Shown: in pieces, positions 1 through 12,461 of the stretch
How positions within the stretch are numbered: the first letter of the stretch is position 1
Layout of the letters: each line of letters starts with the position of its first letter
From: Heteronotia binoei
Lineage: Eukaryota
Assembly (NCBI RefSeq): GCF_032191835.1
Contig: NC_083227.1
Coordinates: forward strand, 122,822,001 to 122,886,000
Reading direction: 5' to 3'
Length of the DNA: 64,000 nucleotides
The notes under the pieces: model-generated
Database searches by the model: none
Told to the model about the DNA's origin: nothing
Seen by the model: only the letters and a program-made list of their open reading frames with translations
Position numbers and translations under genes: made by a program

Positions 1-610
1 GATTTAAAAAGCCCTTGAGGGGGAGTTGGGCCACTTTTTCCCTCATCCTGGGATCCATGCTGATTGCACGGATTTATACAGGACTGATGGCATCCATCTT
101 TCCGATAAGGAAAATGACGCTTTTTTGAATGACTTAAAACTTGGGCTTCAGGATGTGCTAGGCATTTAGTGGGCGCAGCTGCCCAAGCAGAGGCTTGGCC
201 TCGCAGTGGCTGGGTTTTTTGCCTAACTTCCATTATGCAGCTCAGTGAGCACAAATAGCACCCCAGTTTTGGGGCACGGGGTCTAGCTAAATCATTCCTG
301 GCCCATGTGGACTAGTTGAGTGATGAAGCGGACTGCCTCGGGTTTGCATCTATTGATCCACCCTTCAGCCATGCGGATGGGGGCTGGAACTCCAGGGCAT
401 AATCTTTGCTAGGGTACGAGCCATGCATTTTGGCTATACCTAGGGGCAGGGTGGCTCGCCCGTCATGCAGCAGGGGAGGGGTATTTTGTCCCCTGGCCCT
501 GCCGTGCTTCCTGTTATGTTTATAGCCCTTGTTGTTAATTTAATAATAAAGAAAGTGGCCCTTAGTTACTCAAACCCTTGTGTCCTTCTCTTCCTTCCAT
601 CTGTGGAGGC
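1..610 (+). mobile_element. 3' end of a Ngaro/DIRS-like retrotransposon
   Basis: The SGNH ORF end is followed by a GC-richer non-coding tract ending in AATAAAGAAAGTGGCC...GTGTCCTTCTC (~545-595). Similar AATAAAG..TGGCC...GTG termini occur at ~29170-29250 (-) and ~59530-59580 (+). Confidence 0.55.
8..169 (+). pseudogene. C-terminal remnant of an SGNH/GDSL hydrolase ORF of a Ngaro/DIRS-type tyrosine-recombinase retrotransposon
   Basis: Frame 2 reads KALEGELGHFFPHPGIHADCTDLYRTDGIHLSDKENDAFLNDLKLGLQDVLGI* (TAG 167-169). DGIHL matches the SGNH block-V DxxH motif. A TAA at 5-7 and the window edge truncate it. Confidence 0.65.
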
Positions 611-2183
611 AATGATATTTTAAATGAAAATAGGCCAAATAAAGCTTGCAGATCTGTCAGTTGCTTTGAATAATGAAAAACAGGGTTCAACAAAGAAAAA
701 CATCTTCATTCTGTCTTTACCACCTGGAAGCAAATGTATATTGTCTCTGATGATATATACCATTTCTTGATATTGGAGTGGTCAATAGCACTTTTAGATC
801 TATATCCACCATGCATTTTCCTTTTTTTCCCCCAAGAGGTTATTTGTGACCTTCACCACTATGCAGTAACAAGTTATATAAATTAATACTTTTACTCTAT
901 GTAAACATATTTTTTTCAAGAATCTACTGGAAATACATTTCTTAGCATTGACCTTAAGTTCTAGTGTTTTGAGATAGGAAAATTTGCCTCTTGATTTCTA
1001 GTTTAGTTAGAAAAAATATATCTTGTCCAGAGGACTAGGCAGCTTAACAGGTATACAATACTGACAGAAGAAATAAAAAATGCAACAAATACATAAAACT
1101 TTTAAAATAATGTTGTCAAAAATGTTTGGTACCACTGCAGAACAAATCCAATCACTGATCAGCATGCATCTCCTGGAAAAGGTATGTCTTGCAAGCTTTT
1201 TGAAAATCTGGCAATGAAGGTAAAGACTAGCAAAGAAGCTTCCTTGGGGCTGATAAGAAAAGATCAAGTCAGCACTGAGGAAATACAAATCATCCAGGTA
1301 AAGAGCTCAATGCTTACAAAGATGCATGCAGGGAAGAGCAATCCTTCTGATTGGTGGATCCCAGTGCAGGAGTGGTTTTAAAGACAATATCCAGCACCTT
1401 GAATTGAGCCTGGAATAAATAGTCAACCATGGTGCCTGTATCAAGCAATATTGGTCCAACACATTAAGAATGCACATTGGCACTAATTGAAACTTTTGAA
1501 TTTCCCATGCCAATTCTTTACTAACTTAATCAAAGGCTCCCTCATTCTTTTAAATTTATAATTCAAGAAAATGTATAAGCCTTTCATTGTAAGAAAGCTA
1601 TCTTTCTTTACATAGGAATCAGCTCCACTGAACTCCAAAGGACTTAATTCCAAGTAAATATGGTGAGAATAGAGGGGGTGGGGGAACAAAACCTGCCTAC
1701 CTATGCCTGATTTTAAAAGCCTTTATAATATAAATGGTAGCTTCACTTATAAATACAGTCTTCAAAAGGAATGGAAGCCAGAGGACAATCAATGTGGGGG
1801 GGAATTCATTTGAAAGGCTTTAATTTACAAAAGCCATGCTGCTTTTCTGTTTCCCTGACATCTTGCTAATAACCACTCATTTTCCAGGAATCTTTAATTT
1901 AAAGTTTATCAAAGGATTTAGAACTGAGGTACTTCCTTCACAAATCAACATAACCTCTTGCAAGTTAGCTGTGAAATTATATGTTAACATCTTTCTTGTT
2001 TTATGATTTCATCTTCTATATTTACCAGGAAACACTGTGGCAAAGTTATTTTTAAGACTAGAAGCAATCCTGTGCATATTTGCTAAGAAGAAAGTCTCAC
2101 TGGATTCAATGGGTCTTACACTTCAGCTCACCCCCCCCCCCCCCCCCACACACACATTTAGCACTATTGAACTTAGTTTTGGG

Positions 2184-2377
2184 CAGGGCTTTCTTTGCAG
2201 AAAAAGCCCAGCAGGAACTCATTTGCATATTAAGAAAACACCCCCTGATGCCACCATTGTTTTGAACAGGGTTTTTTGTAGAAAAACCCCAACATTAACT
2301 CATTTGCAAATTAAGCCACACCCCCTGACACCAAGCTGGAACTGCGTTCCTCTGCTTTCCTGCTCAAAAAAGCCCTG
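2184..2377. mobile_element. hAT MITE, CAGGGCTTT family, tandem-dimer form
   Basis: Termini CAGGGCTTT...AAAGCCCTG. 8-bp TSD GTTTTGGG (2176-2183) / GTTTTGAG (2378-2385). Internal duplication of the AACTCATTTGCA...ACACCCCCTGA module. Confidence 0.85.
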
Positions 2378-3482
2378 GTTTTGAGTAAAAACGCAAAGGA
2401 GTTGCATTTGTTTCTATTGAGTTATCTGTTTTAATTCATGTGTCAACATTGCTTAATTAATCTGTTGAATATAGCAATTCACAATTTGTATACTTTTTAT
2501 GTTCATAATTTATATGTGTCAATCAATGTCCTCATGCTTCTGTGTCATCTAAAGTAGGGCTGCATTCTTCTTAGTCCAAGTCTATGGTGTTTAGGGTGGC
2601 ACCACAAGAAACCAGTTTTACCACTGCTAGTTAATTTAAATGCCTTTATCCAATTAGAAAGTCACACATAATTAATCAAGTGTTAGATTTTTAGAAGGGG
2701 AAAGGGTATAAATAGTAATGGGACTGATTAGCTCTTTTCCCTACACTGTCATTGCCTTGGCTTAATTTAGACTCTGCTTGCCTTTTCTGAGTTTTCTCAG
2801 AGAATAAAATAACCTTGAGAAAGTTCAGAAAAGCAAATGGAAAAACACGCCTCCCCTCCCTGCTAGTCACCCTTTATCATGCATCACAGAACTGATGAAC
2901 AAACGCTCCTTATGTATAGCTATATATTTATAGCTCCAGTAAAGAAACTTTTAGAAATTGTAGATGAATAGCTAATGGCTGTTAAATCTAGGGAAAAGAA
3001 AGAATATTTATAGCTCCATCTGAATATCTGTTCAGATGAAGCTGTTATATGTCTAATGTTTTGAATGGGTAATGAATGAATGAAGGAACCACAAGGATAG
3101 ATGTCTACATCATTTCTTCTTTTTTTCTTTTTTACCATTAAGAAGACTGTTCTGTCTGGTTCTGTTTTGTTTATTTACATCATGAGAACAAATTGTGCAA
3201 GCCTGAATATTTGGTCTCATTTTTACCAAAAAGCCAATCTGGTCAAGAGGCAGTGACTTGGAGTCAAAATACTACCAGTGGAACTCTATACATGCCATAG
3301 ATCTCGTCTACCTACCCACTCCACCCCACTGCAGCTGCCTGGCTATCATCGCAAAAAAATCCTCGGCTGCTAAAAATCTGTGGACTCTTCAGATAGACAT
3401 GCACAAGGGACTGTTTCTGGAGGTGGTAGAGATGGGAATCACTGGAAGGACAACTCCTCCGATGCATGGATATAAGTATTCC

Positions 3483-3734
3483 AGAGCCAGCATGGTGTAG
3501 TGGTTAAGACCAGCGGACTCTAATCTGGAGAACTGGGTTTGATCTCCCACTCCTCCACATGAAGCCTGCTGGGTGACCTTGGGCCAGTCCCAGTTCTCTT
3601 GAAATAGCTCAATCCCACCAACTTCACAGGGTGCCTGTTGTTGGGAAAAGAAAGAAATGTGATTGTAAGCCACTTTGTAAGACTGCTTAAGGTAAAGGAA
3701 AGGGGTGGTGTATAAAAGCCTACTGTTCTTCTTC
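3483..3734 (+). mobile_element. tRNA-derived CORE-SINE (Squam3-like)
   Basis: A-box-like TGGTGTAGTGGTT, B-box-like GGTTTGATCTCC, CORE-like GGTGACCTTGGGCCAGTC and a (TTC)n tail. Related to copies at 27766, 49910, 53446 and 57422. Confidence 0.8.
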
Positions 3735-4971
3735 AAGCCATTATTTTGACTCCATGGATAACACTGATCAGGAAGTAAAATGTACAAAAGTATATGGGAA
3801 GAAGGTATCAACCTCTCAGCCTGTGATTTGATAGGGCCAGGCTTCTTCAAAGTCCATCACGTTTTCTTGATTTCAACAAGATGCTGATATGATGCCCCTA
3901 TAGTCAGCAGCAAACTGAATAATACAGCTGAATCCAGACATGGTTTTAAAATATTTGAGCAAAAAAACCCCCTTCAGATAGTGATCTCGCTAGCCTGTAG
4001 GATCATACAGGCAGCTCAGCCTGTAAGGGATGTTTCAGCAGTAGTGGCCAGCTGTAGATATAATAGCAGCAACACTGGGCTGATACCTATGAACATTCTA
4101 ATGGGAGAAAATCATGTGCCCCTCTACAAGGCATGGGCCCCATAGTGAGCATGCTGAGGTCCATAGCAACCAGTGCCGGTGCTGCCCTTCAGTGGCCTCT
4201 TCTCTCCCTGGAATGCCAGAGAACAGGGAGGAAAGGCCCTTTGACAACACAACCCCAAATGTGACCCCAGATGCCAGGCTCCACATTGAAGATCAGCATC
4301 ATAAACACTGGACCAATAGGGCAGATATAAAGGAAGCATGCTATCAGGCAGTAGGCACTACACTGCAGCCCTGGCATCACCACTTGCCATATGGGACAGG
4401 CAGATGACATTGCACAGGTAGGCATGGCTCAGTAGAAAGGCACTGAGATAACATGGCCAGGGCTCCTGGTTTGACCCCCCCCTCCATGGGGAGAGTCTAG
4501 AGGCAGGCAAAAGGTTTGGAACTGATATATCACCCCCATAAACTAAAAAGGCAAAACAGGATGGCTCAGCCAACAGCCTGTTCCAGACATTCATCATTTT
4601 AGTTGAAACTCCTTTTCATGATCATTCTGAGCCATGCCTTTACAACTCTTCCTCCTTATGCCCTCCCCATGTTCCCACAATGCCAACCTCCATGGTTTAT
4701 CAGATGGCAGCAGTGCTACAGGGGAATGTGAGACCCAGACACCTGCCCCCCTGAGAAGACACATATCCCCTCAGCACTCTCTCTGTGTGAGCTACACCAT
4801 GTGTGGGAAGGGGAGGTTGCAGGGGGTGGCTGCACAAGTCTGTCAAAGAGGTGAGATGAAATGCATGAAAGCTCATAGTGAATTTCATGTCATCAGTCTT
4901 CAAAATGCATTGTATTATATTTTGCAAATTCTCTTCCCAGGATTGCACTACTAATGTAAATTAAAATGTAA

Positions 4972-6320
4972 AGATCTCATTTGATTATTAATAATTAGTT
5001 GTTTAAATCTGAGCACACCAGCCATTTTCCAGTACTTGAAACTTGCAGAGTCTTTTGCTGCAGGAAACCAGTCCTGACCCAAAAAAACTGTAGCAGGGGA
5101 TGGATTTGGTGCTAATAGGTTTCTATATCTATCCCATATATTCAGAGTTACTTTCAAAAACGGATTGAATTGAAGATTTAAGTTACGTGACGTAGGCTTA
5201 TTCCAGATTATTTCATATAGCAATTTAGGTTCTATATAGGATTGTTCAATAGACACCCAGTTTTTGTCAATTTGAGGGGCTGCGTATAGTAAAATATATT
5301 TTAGTTGTGCCGCCAAATAATATTTTTCCAAGTCTGGAAAAAAAGTACCTTTTTCAGGTAAACTGGTTGCAATATATTCAGCTACACCATCTACTTCACA
5401 ATCCTAACATTATTTCTCAATTAAATAGACCCCTGAGTGCATTTGAGGAAGCTATGATGGATTCGTCTCCCAAACTGAAAGGAAAGACAGCAGTTATTTA
5501 TAAAGAATTAAGCAATCTAAACCAACCCCAAGAAAGTTCCATCATGAAAGCATGGAATAAAGACTGTGGAACTACTTTTACTCCAGAAAGCTGGACTAAA
5601 CTATGGTCTTCATATTTATTCCATATTCCCATTTTGAACTTAAGGCTACAAAACTTTAAAATATTCTCTAGATGGTACCTGACTCCACTACGTATATATT
5701 ATGCTAAAAGATCAAAAGACGCCAAATGCTGGAGAGGGTGTGGTCTCTTAGGCTCCTTTATACATTGCTGGTGGGAATGCCCAGTGGTAAGGGAATTCTG
5801 GAGGAAAATTTTGCCCACTATTGAACACATAATTGCTCATAAAGTTCCCTTTACTCCAGACTCCATATTACTCAACCTTTGGAAAAACATAGAAGTGCCT
5901 AGTCATAAGAGTGAATTGGCTGCATTACTTATCTTAGCAGCAAAATTAATAATAGCCCAACACTGGAAGGCTTCTATATTACCTGCTAAACGTGCTTGGT
6001 TTTTAAAAATTTGGGACCTAGTAGTGATGGATAAACTGGCTACTACCATAAGAATTTCTGAAACATCTGATACAGGTCAGGTAAAAAACTTGTTTGTGGA
6101 AAAATGGTTCCTTTTTTTAATTATGTACATTCTGAACAAAATATACTGTGTAAATTACCGGACAAGAATTTTGCTTTATATTAGAACTATACTCTGCTTG
6201 ACATGTTCTGTAATATGATGGCTCATGGATAGATTCTATGTTTGTTAGTGTTATAGTTGATGTTTATTAAACGATGTATATGTTATTGTTTTAATAAAAA
6301 TTTAAAATTGGAAAAAAAAA
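4972..6320 (+). mobile_element. 5'-truncated, 5'-inverted L1-clade LINE (ORF2 C-terminal part)
   Basis: Minus segment ~4972-5340 encodes FPDLEKYYLAAQLKY...IINNQMRS. Plus segment ~5325-6218 continues FPSLEKKY... to the cysteine-rich CWRGCGLLGSFIHCWWEC motif. AATAAA and an A-tail lie at 6293-6320. TSD AAAATGTAA at 4963-4971 and 6317-6325. Confidence 0.85.
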
Positions 6321-6547
6321 TGTAAGTTGTATAAGACATTAGTAGTTCCTCCCCAAAATGACCTAAGTCCTGAGCAGTTGATGTCCTTTGTTCAGTTTCC
6401 ACAGTATGTGAAATGTCTATTTACTGAGGCAACTATTAGCCACAACATAAAAATAGCAGAACAGAAAAGCAATGGGAGACTTTTAAAAATATGATCAACA
6501 TGGCACCTGCATTCTCCCAATAATTTTGCTGACTCCTATATAGCTAA

Positions 6548-6842
6548 GGAGCCCCGTGGCACAGAGTGGTAAGCTGCAGTGTTGCAGTCCAAGCTCTGCT
6601 CACAACCTGAGTTCAATCCCGGTGGAAGCTGGGTTCAGGTAGCTGGCTCAAGGTTGACAGCCTTCCATCCTTCTGAGGTTGGTAAAATAAGTACCCAGCT
6701 TGCTGGGGGGGAAATGTAGATGACTGGGGAAGGCAATGGCAAACCACCCCGTAAAAAGTATGTCATGAAAACATTGTGATATGACATCACCCCAGAATCA
6801 GAAGTGACTGGTGCTTGTACAGGGGATTACCTTTACCTTTTT
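6548..6842 (+). mobile_element. Sauria SINE (Squam1-type)
   Basis: tRNA-like head (GTGGCACAGAGTGG; GAGTTCAATCCC), central GAAGGCAATGGCAAACCACC and an (ACCTTT)n tail. Confidence 0.85.
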
Positions 6843-7455
6843 ATGTGGTTAAGAATGAAAGACTCAAAATCAGGATGTACAATTTCCCATAATACTATCC
6901 TTCTCTCATAAGTTCAGAGGCACCCTATAATGTTCTTGGGACAGATAAAAAGGACAGAGGATAGGAAATACTTCTTTATTCTACAAGTAATTAAGGATCT
7001 CCCCCTATGGTTGATGCAACACAAATTAGCCCTCCGAGCATATTTGACCATTGTTAGTTTGGTGAGGTTGAGCTTAATATCAAAGGATTGTGGCTAGCAT
7101 TGCAGCTGCTGCTGACCCTTCTGCACAACAATAACCCTACTTGTGGCGTACAGGTTTTGTTTTGGTTAAAGATGAATTCTGTTTTAGGTATGTCTTTAGA
7201 TCTGTCAGCAGCATACTTACTGCTGGGTCTTTTTTCATCTGATAATTTGCTTAAAAAGAGAACCAGTTATTGATTTCCTGGGTCAGCCCAAAGACTGATC
7301 CTGTAGTGTTAGAAATCCAATACCATGACACATATAATACTTTGGAAAGAAGTGATGTTGGACTGAGCTATAAACCAGTGTATAGTGTTTTCCAGAATAG
7401 ATGTGTTCAAGAAACTTGAGGTGGATTTTTGCAACTATATGGCTTGACCTGTTTA

Positions 7456-9770
7456 CAGCGCAATTCTTGCGGGGGGGGGGGGGGCTGAAAGTGCTTTGTA
7501 TGCAAACTGTTAAGTCAGCAGAAATTCTAGTTGTGCCATTCTAACACCCACCATGCCAGCACAAATGGGAGTTATGCCCTTCTTTGGGTGCCTCAGCATA
7601 CACCTGCCATGGCTGTTGCCGAAGTGGCACCACACACAGTCTGTGGCAGAACTGGGGCATAGGAAGCTACCCTGGCATACAAGGGGGCGGCCCCAGAGGC
7701 ATGGCCTGCGTTAGTCAGCTCTCTAAGACCTTTCAGCCTGGGAACGCACCCCCCCCCCCAAGAGAGGTGTAAAATTACAACAAGGAAAATGCGGGTGTAT
7801 CCCATAGACACTAGTTGAAACAGAAAACAGTTTGCCCCCGCCACAGTATGAGCCTGCAAACCCTTTAGGGAACTGTGTAATTGCTTCACCAATCCCCTAG
7901 CACCCTGGGCTCGGTGAGCCCCCTCCCAGACACCAAATCACCGGTCCCCCCCTCCTAGAAAAACTTCTCCTCTGGCCCCGCACAACTCTTTAGGTAGGGC
8001 GCACAGCATGGGACTCTGCTGTGGAACTCCATGCCATGCAGACGTAGAGTGAGGTCCAGGTCACTTTTGTGATGGGGGCTGCACAGTGAGGGCACTTAGT
8101 ACAGAGCGAGCTGTTTGGCTTGCAAGGAGGAGAGCAAAGTCTTTCCCCTGTGGCTAACCTCTACTGTTTCCAAGTCTCAACAGGTACCCGACCTCCAGAG
8201 GCTCACCACTCAAGGGTGGTAAGTGCAACTGCACACCCCAAACCTGCCTCTCCTCCCCTCAATCAAAGCCGGGTAGAGTGACAGTGTCTCCGGCACTTGG
8301 CCTGGTCGGTGAGCTCAGACAGGGGGCAGTCACAGCAGCTCCTGCATGCCGCTGGAGGGCCCCTGCCCTGGTCTGTCCTCTGCCTCGGTCCTACCCCTGG
8401 CAGGGCACTGGGTGGAGGGTGGGTCTGGCAGCTGCTATGGTGGCTGTGGGGAGGTGGGTCAGCAAATGTCCCTTTAAGAGAGTCCAAAACACAATCTCAT
8501 GCTGCAGTTGCCGGGGCTACTGCATTGCAAACACTCCAGGAACCCCTTCAGGTGCTCTTGGTCTCTGTCTCTGTCTTCCAGGTGGAGATTCCACAGAGAG
8601 GGTTCTGTTTTTGGTGATTCAACCCCCCCCCCCAACTTGGCCAGCTGTTCCTGCCCTCCTCTCAGATTGGAGCCTCGTGCTCTGTGGGACTTTCCAACCT
8701 CCACCTGGCTCCTGCACAATAAAGCCTTAGATATGCCTCCACTTTGTCTCTCTTGTCTGACTTCTGCTTCATGCTTCTATCTGCCCCTTTCTCTTCCTTC
8801 TGCCACTCTGTCTGTGGGCTCCCCAGGGAATGTCTCAGAGGGCAGACTCACTTGGTCTGGGGGGGCTAGGGGGGAACCTATGAGCCACCTCACTGAGAGG
8901 TTGGACAGGGGAGCCCGAGGGTCTTTTCCCCATGCATGCCATGGGCGGGAGGGTGATCTGGGGGCAGAGGCATCACTGCAGCCTGCTTGAGTCCACAGCC
9001 TGGCCAACTTCACAGGACTGTTGTGCTCATAGCACATAGAAGAGAGCAGTGCAGGCCATGTCCATGCTAGGGAGGGCAGTGCAGGCCATGTCCATGCCTG
9101 TGGGACTTGGTGGCATGCCGGGACTCTGTCTGCTTGTTCCAATGCCCTCTCTATTTTGCCTGGCTTTTCTGACTGCAGACTCCTGCACTATATGTTTTCT
9201 GTTGTTTATGGCTCGCTTGGAGGGCACATGACTTTGCTCATCTGCTTGCATTGGCACAAGTCTCTGAGAGTGGGTGGACACAGCCGTGGGACTGGTCAAT
9301 CCTGCAGCTCCACACTTCCCCTCCCCTCCCCCTACCTTCACCTTGGCAGCGAGCCAGGCTTCTCTCTCACATGCACACATGCCCAGTCTCATTCCTTTCC
9401 TCTCCCCACATTGGCTGGATTTCTTTCCTTTGACTTAGGTCATATGCCTGTGATTGGCACAGTTCTCTGTTAGGGGGTTCCAATGCCCTCTCTGGAGCTG
9501 CCTCCCCCTGTCCCGACTGTCATGGGCCACTGCACCAGGACTGGCCAATCTGGCAGCCCTGAGAGGCTCCTCCCCTCCTGCTGCCTCTGCCTTGGAAGTC
9601 GCACTCCAGTGGAGTTGCCCTGGTGATGGTCTCACATGCAGTGAGCTATGCTTCTTCTCCCCCCACCCCCATGCCTGAGCATGCCACAGCCCTTAGAGAA
9701 GTGGACTAGCGGTGCTTCAGTTACACCCACATTCGAGTGGCCAGCCTCCACATAAGTCAGGATTGGGCTG
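7456..9770. mobile_element. 2.3-kb GC-rich non-autonomous DNA-transposon-like element (superfamily unresolved: PIF/Harbinger or Tc1/mariner-like)
   Basis: Left end CAGCGCAATTCT against the reverse complement of the right end, CAGCCCAATCCT (10/12). TA flanks both ends (7454-7455, 9771-9772). The interior is clearly more GC-rich than its flanks. No recognisable transposase. Confidence 0.6.
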
Positions 9771-9844
9771 TAAGTGGATTTTTGTGCCCTTCCCTTTAAA
9801 TTGTGGAGTAAGATATTTGTTTACTTTGAATAAATTAAATTAAA

Positions 9845-10060
9845 ACAGGTGATTAGATTATGGGATTCACTGTCAGTTGATGTAGTGATGGTCATGAGAA
9901 AATATGGCTTTAGAAGAAGGTTATACATATTCATAGAGGATTGGTCCATCAATGCCTACTAGTCACAGTGACCAAAGGGAACTTTCAGCTAATTTCTGAA
10001 TACCAGTAGCAGCAAACCTCTGAATATCAGTGGTAGGAGATAAAATTAGGGGAGGACTCA
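9845..10060 (+). mobile_element. CR1 LINE 3' fragment
   Basis: Reads RVIRLWDSLSVDVVMV...GFRRRLYIFIED-SINAY, resembling the CR1 ORF2 terminus, followed by a CR1-type 3' UTR (CCTCTGAATATCAGTG). Confidence 0.65.
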
Positions 10061-11641
10061 AAGTGATCGGATTATTCCAGAAATCACGAAGGGATTAGAT
10101 ACAGGGGAATACTGGAAAAATGCAAAGAGGGGCAGATTTTTTAATTTGAAGCTAGGTAAGAGAAAAGCAAAGGATGTTTGGCAATGATGAGACATCACAA
10201 ATCTTCAATCATTTAAATATGAACTTGTGATATTGGGGGGGGGGCTTGTTTTGAATGGGGGGTATAATAAAGAATTGCTGCACTACTAAATTCATCTGCA
10301 CTGATACAATCCTAGAAGGATAAAGAAAGGGAAAAGGGAAAAAAAGGATGCCATGACTTATCAGTCACATTTTAAAGAAATAAATAGTTTCCTTTGCTGA
10401 CCCTTAAAATATTTTTAAATTGTCATGAAGGTTATAAAGCTTCAGTTAAGTGCAATTTTGTACTTGCCTACATGAATATGCATGTGTTTTTATTCCTCCT
10501 GTTATAGAATGATTCAGATATTCAAATATTACATTCAATAAGTCAATTAAAATGTTGTTATAGAGCTGAATGAGAACATATGAAATCAGTTGAGGTATAA
10601 GTGGTATGACAACAGAATGTTAGCAGCATTTCATATCAACATATATTTTTAGTCAAAAGTAATCAGACATATTTGGTTAAGGTATATCAATAGGTGCCCA
10701 GAGGAGATACATGGATTGCCAGTAATGCATCTGATCATTGTGCAGCTTGATCCTATGTTTGGTTTTGGCTATGCAAGCACAGTAGTATTCATAACTGAGA
10801 CGTTTCTGAATTCTTCCCTTTCACCTGTCCTTCTTCCCAAAACCTTATTCTGTGGGATCAGTTGAGTTCCAAAACAGTGTTTGTGTGCTGGGAGGCATTA
10901 ACATGGGAATATGTAGTAGGAGACAAAATCAGCAAATATTGTTCCACATTTGCACTGGCAGAGATACCTTGGGGATGTAAACAAAACTAACTTTGTAAGT
11001 CTCACTGTGTCCATTGAGAACTTTGTTAATTGTTTCAAGATGGTAGTGAGTCTGTAATTTCAACCAGCATGATTTATCTTATGGCAATGCATGGTTTTCT
11101 GTTGTTTGTTTTGTTTTGCTCTTAAACAACCCGTCTGAATCCTATTAAGGACCAAAATCTTTTAACGTTGCTGTTTTGGCTTTCCCAGATAAGCAAAAGA
11201 TGACATGAAATCAAGATGACATTAAATTAATGGCATGTGACTGAGAATAATGGAGATTTAATTAGTTCATCTGGATAGGATTGTTGCCTCCAACTGGAGG
11301 ATGTTTTGTAGCTTGAGCAAAAGCAGAACAGGGATTTTACCAATGGTTTAACTGGAATGAAGATTTCTTTCTTTGCCTTTATTGGGCATTGTTTTATTGT
11401 GATATGCCATAGGGCTTGGAACGAGTCAGTATTTCTTGGGGCAAGGTCAGTCAAGCCTGAAATAAGCAAATGGGATGGCTAGATGGGATGTTGGACTTAA
11501 CGGTCATGGGACTCTTGGAGAAAAACTACATGACTGATTTCCAGAAAGTACATTTATCAAAAAGACCCATTACCCCCCTCCCTTCCCCCAAAAAATTATT
11601 TACCTGGACAACAAAATCAAGAGATCATATTACAGAGCAGT

Positions 11642-11897
11642 CTGAGCTCTCTGCTTACGACCTGAGTTCAATCCCAGCGGTAGCCGGCTCAAGGTTGACT
11701 CAGCTTTCCATCCTTCCGAGGACAGTAAAATGAGCACCCAGCTTGCTGGGAAGGAAGTGTAGATGACTTGGGATGGCAATCGTAAATCACCCTACAAAAA
11801 AAAAGTCTGCCATGAAAACATCATGATGCGATGTCACCCCAGAGTCAGAAAGGACTGGTGCTTGCACGGGGGACTACCTTTACCTTTTAAATCTCTG
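11642..11897 (+). mobile_element. Sauria SINE, 5'-truncated
   Basis: Homologous to 6548-6842 with an ACCTTT tail. 12-bp TSD TTACAGAGCAGT at 11630-11641 and 11898-11909. Confidence 0.85.
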
Positions 11898-12461
11898 TTA
11901 CAGAGCAGTAATCATTGCCTATAACGAGGGGATAATTAATATCTAGATGGTAAGGTGGGTCACTGAGCAACTTTTATAGTGGAGTAGGGGAGGCCCAGGT
12001 TAGGCTGATTTTGTTAGATCTTGGAAGCTAAGTAGTCTTGACACTAGTCAGTATTTCAATGGGAGACTGCCAAGTAATACCAGGGTCGCTATGCAGAGTG
12101 AGGCAATGGCCAACCACCTCTGAATGTCTACCTGCCTTGTAAACCCTGCAGGGTTGCTGCATGTTGCCTGTGGCATCATAGCAAAATAAATGGTTGAGTA
12201 CTCTGAGGCATTGTAATTGAGCTGCACAACTGAAAGAAATTTAAGAACTTATAAAAAGTTGCCATTGTATAAAACACTTGCACAAGAGGAGGTTCTGCAG
12301 CAATCCATGATTTTCTCCTCTTCTGAAGACTGTTCTTTCTCTCTCTCTCTCTCTGTCCATATATATAGATACATACATACACACAGACTTGATTAATTCA
12401 TCAAGTAAACTTCAGATGAGGTTTAATTAAGCAAATAGCAATTAAGTAAATATATACACAC

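Noticed and set aside
4090-4950. GC-richer tract with several short ORFs
   Set aside because: No motif, terminus or second copy could be identified, so it cannot be classified.
9150-9450. MWGEER and RDLCQCK fragments suggesting a Myb/SANT gene of a Harbinger
   Set aside because: The fragments are in different frames, their spacing is too long for a single Myb domain, and they overlap internal DNA repeats.
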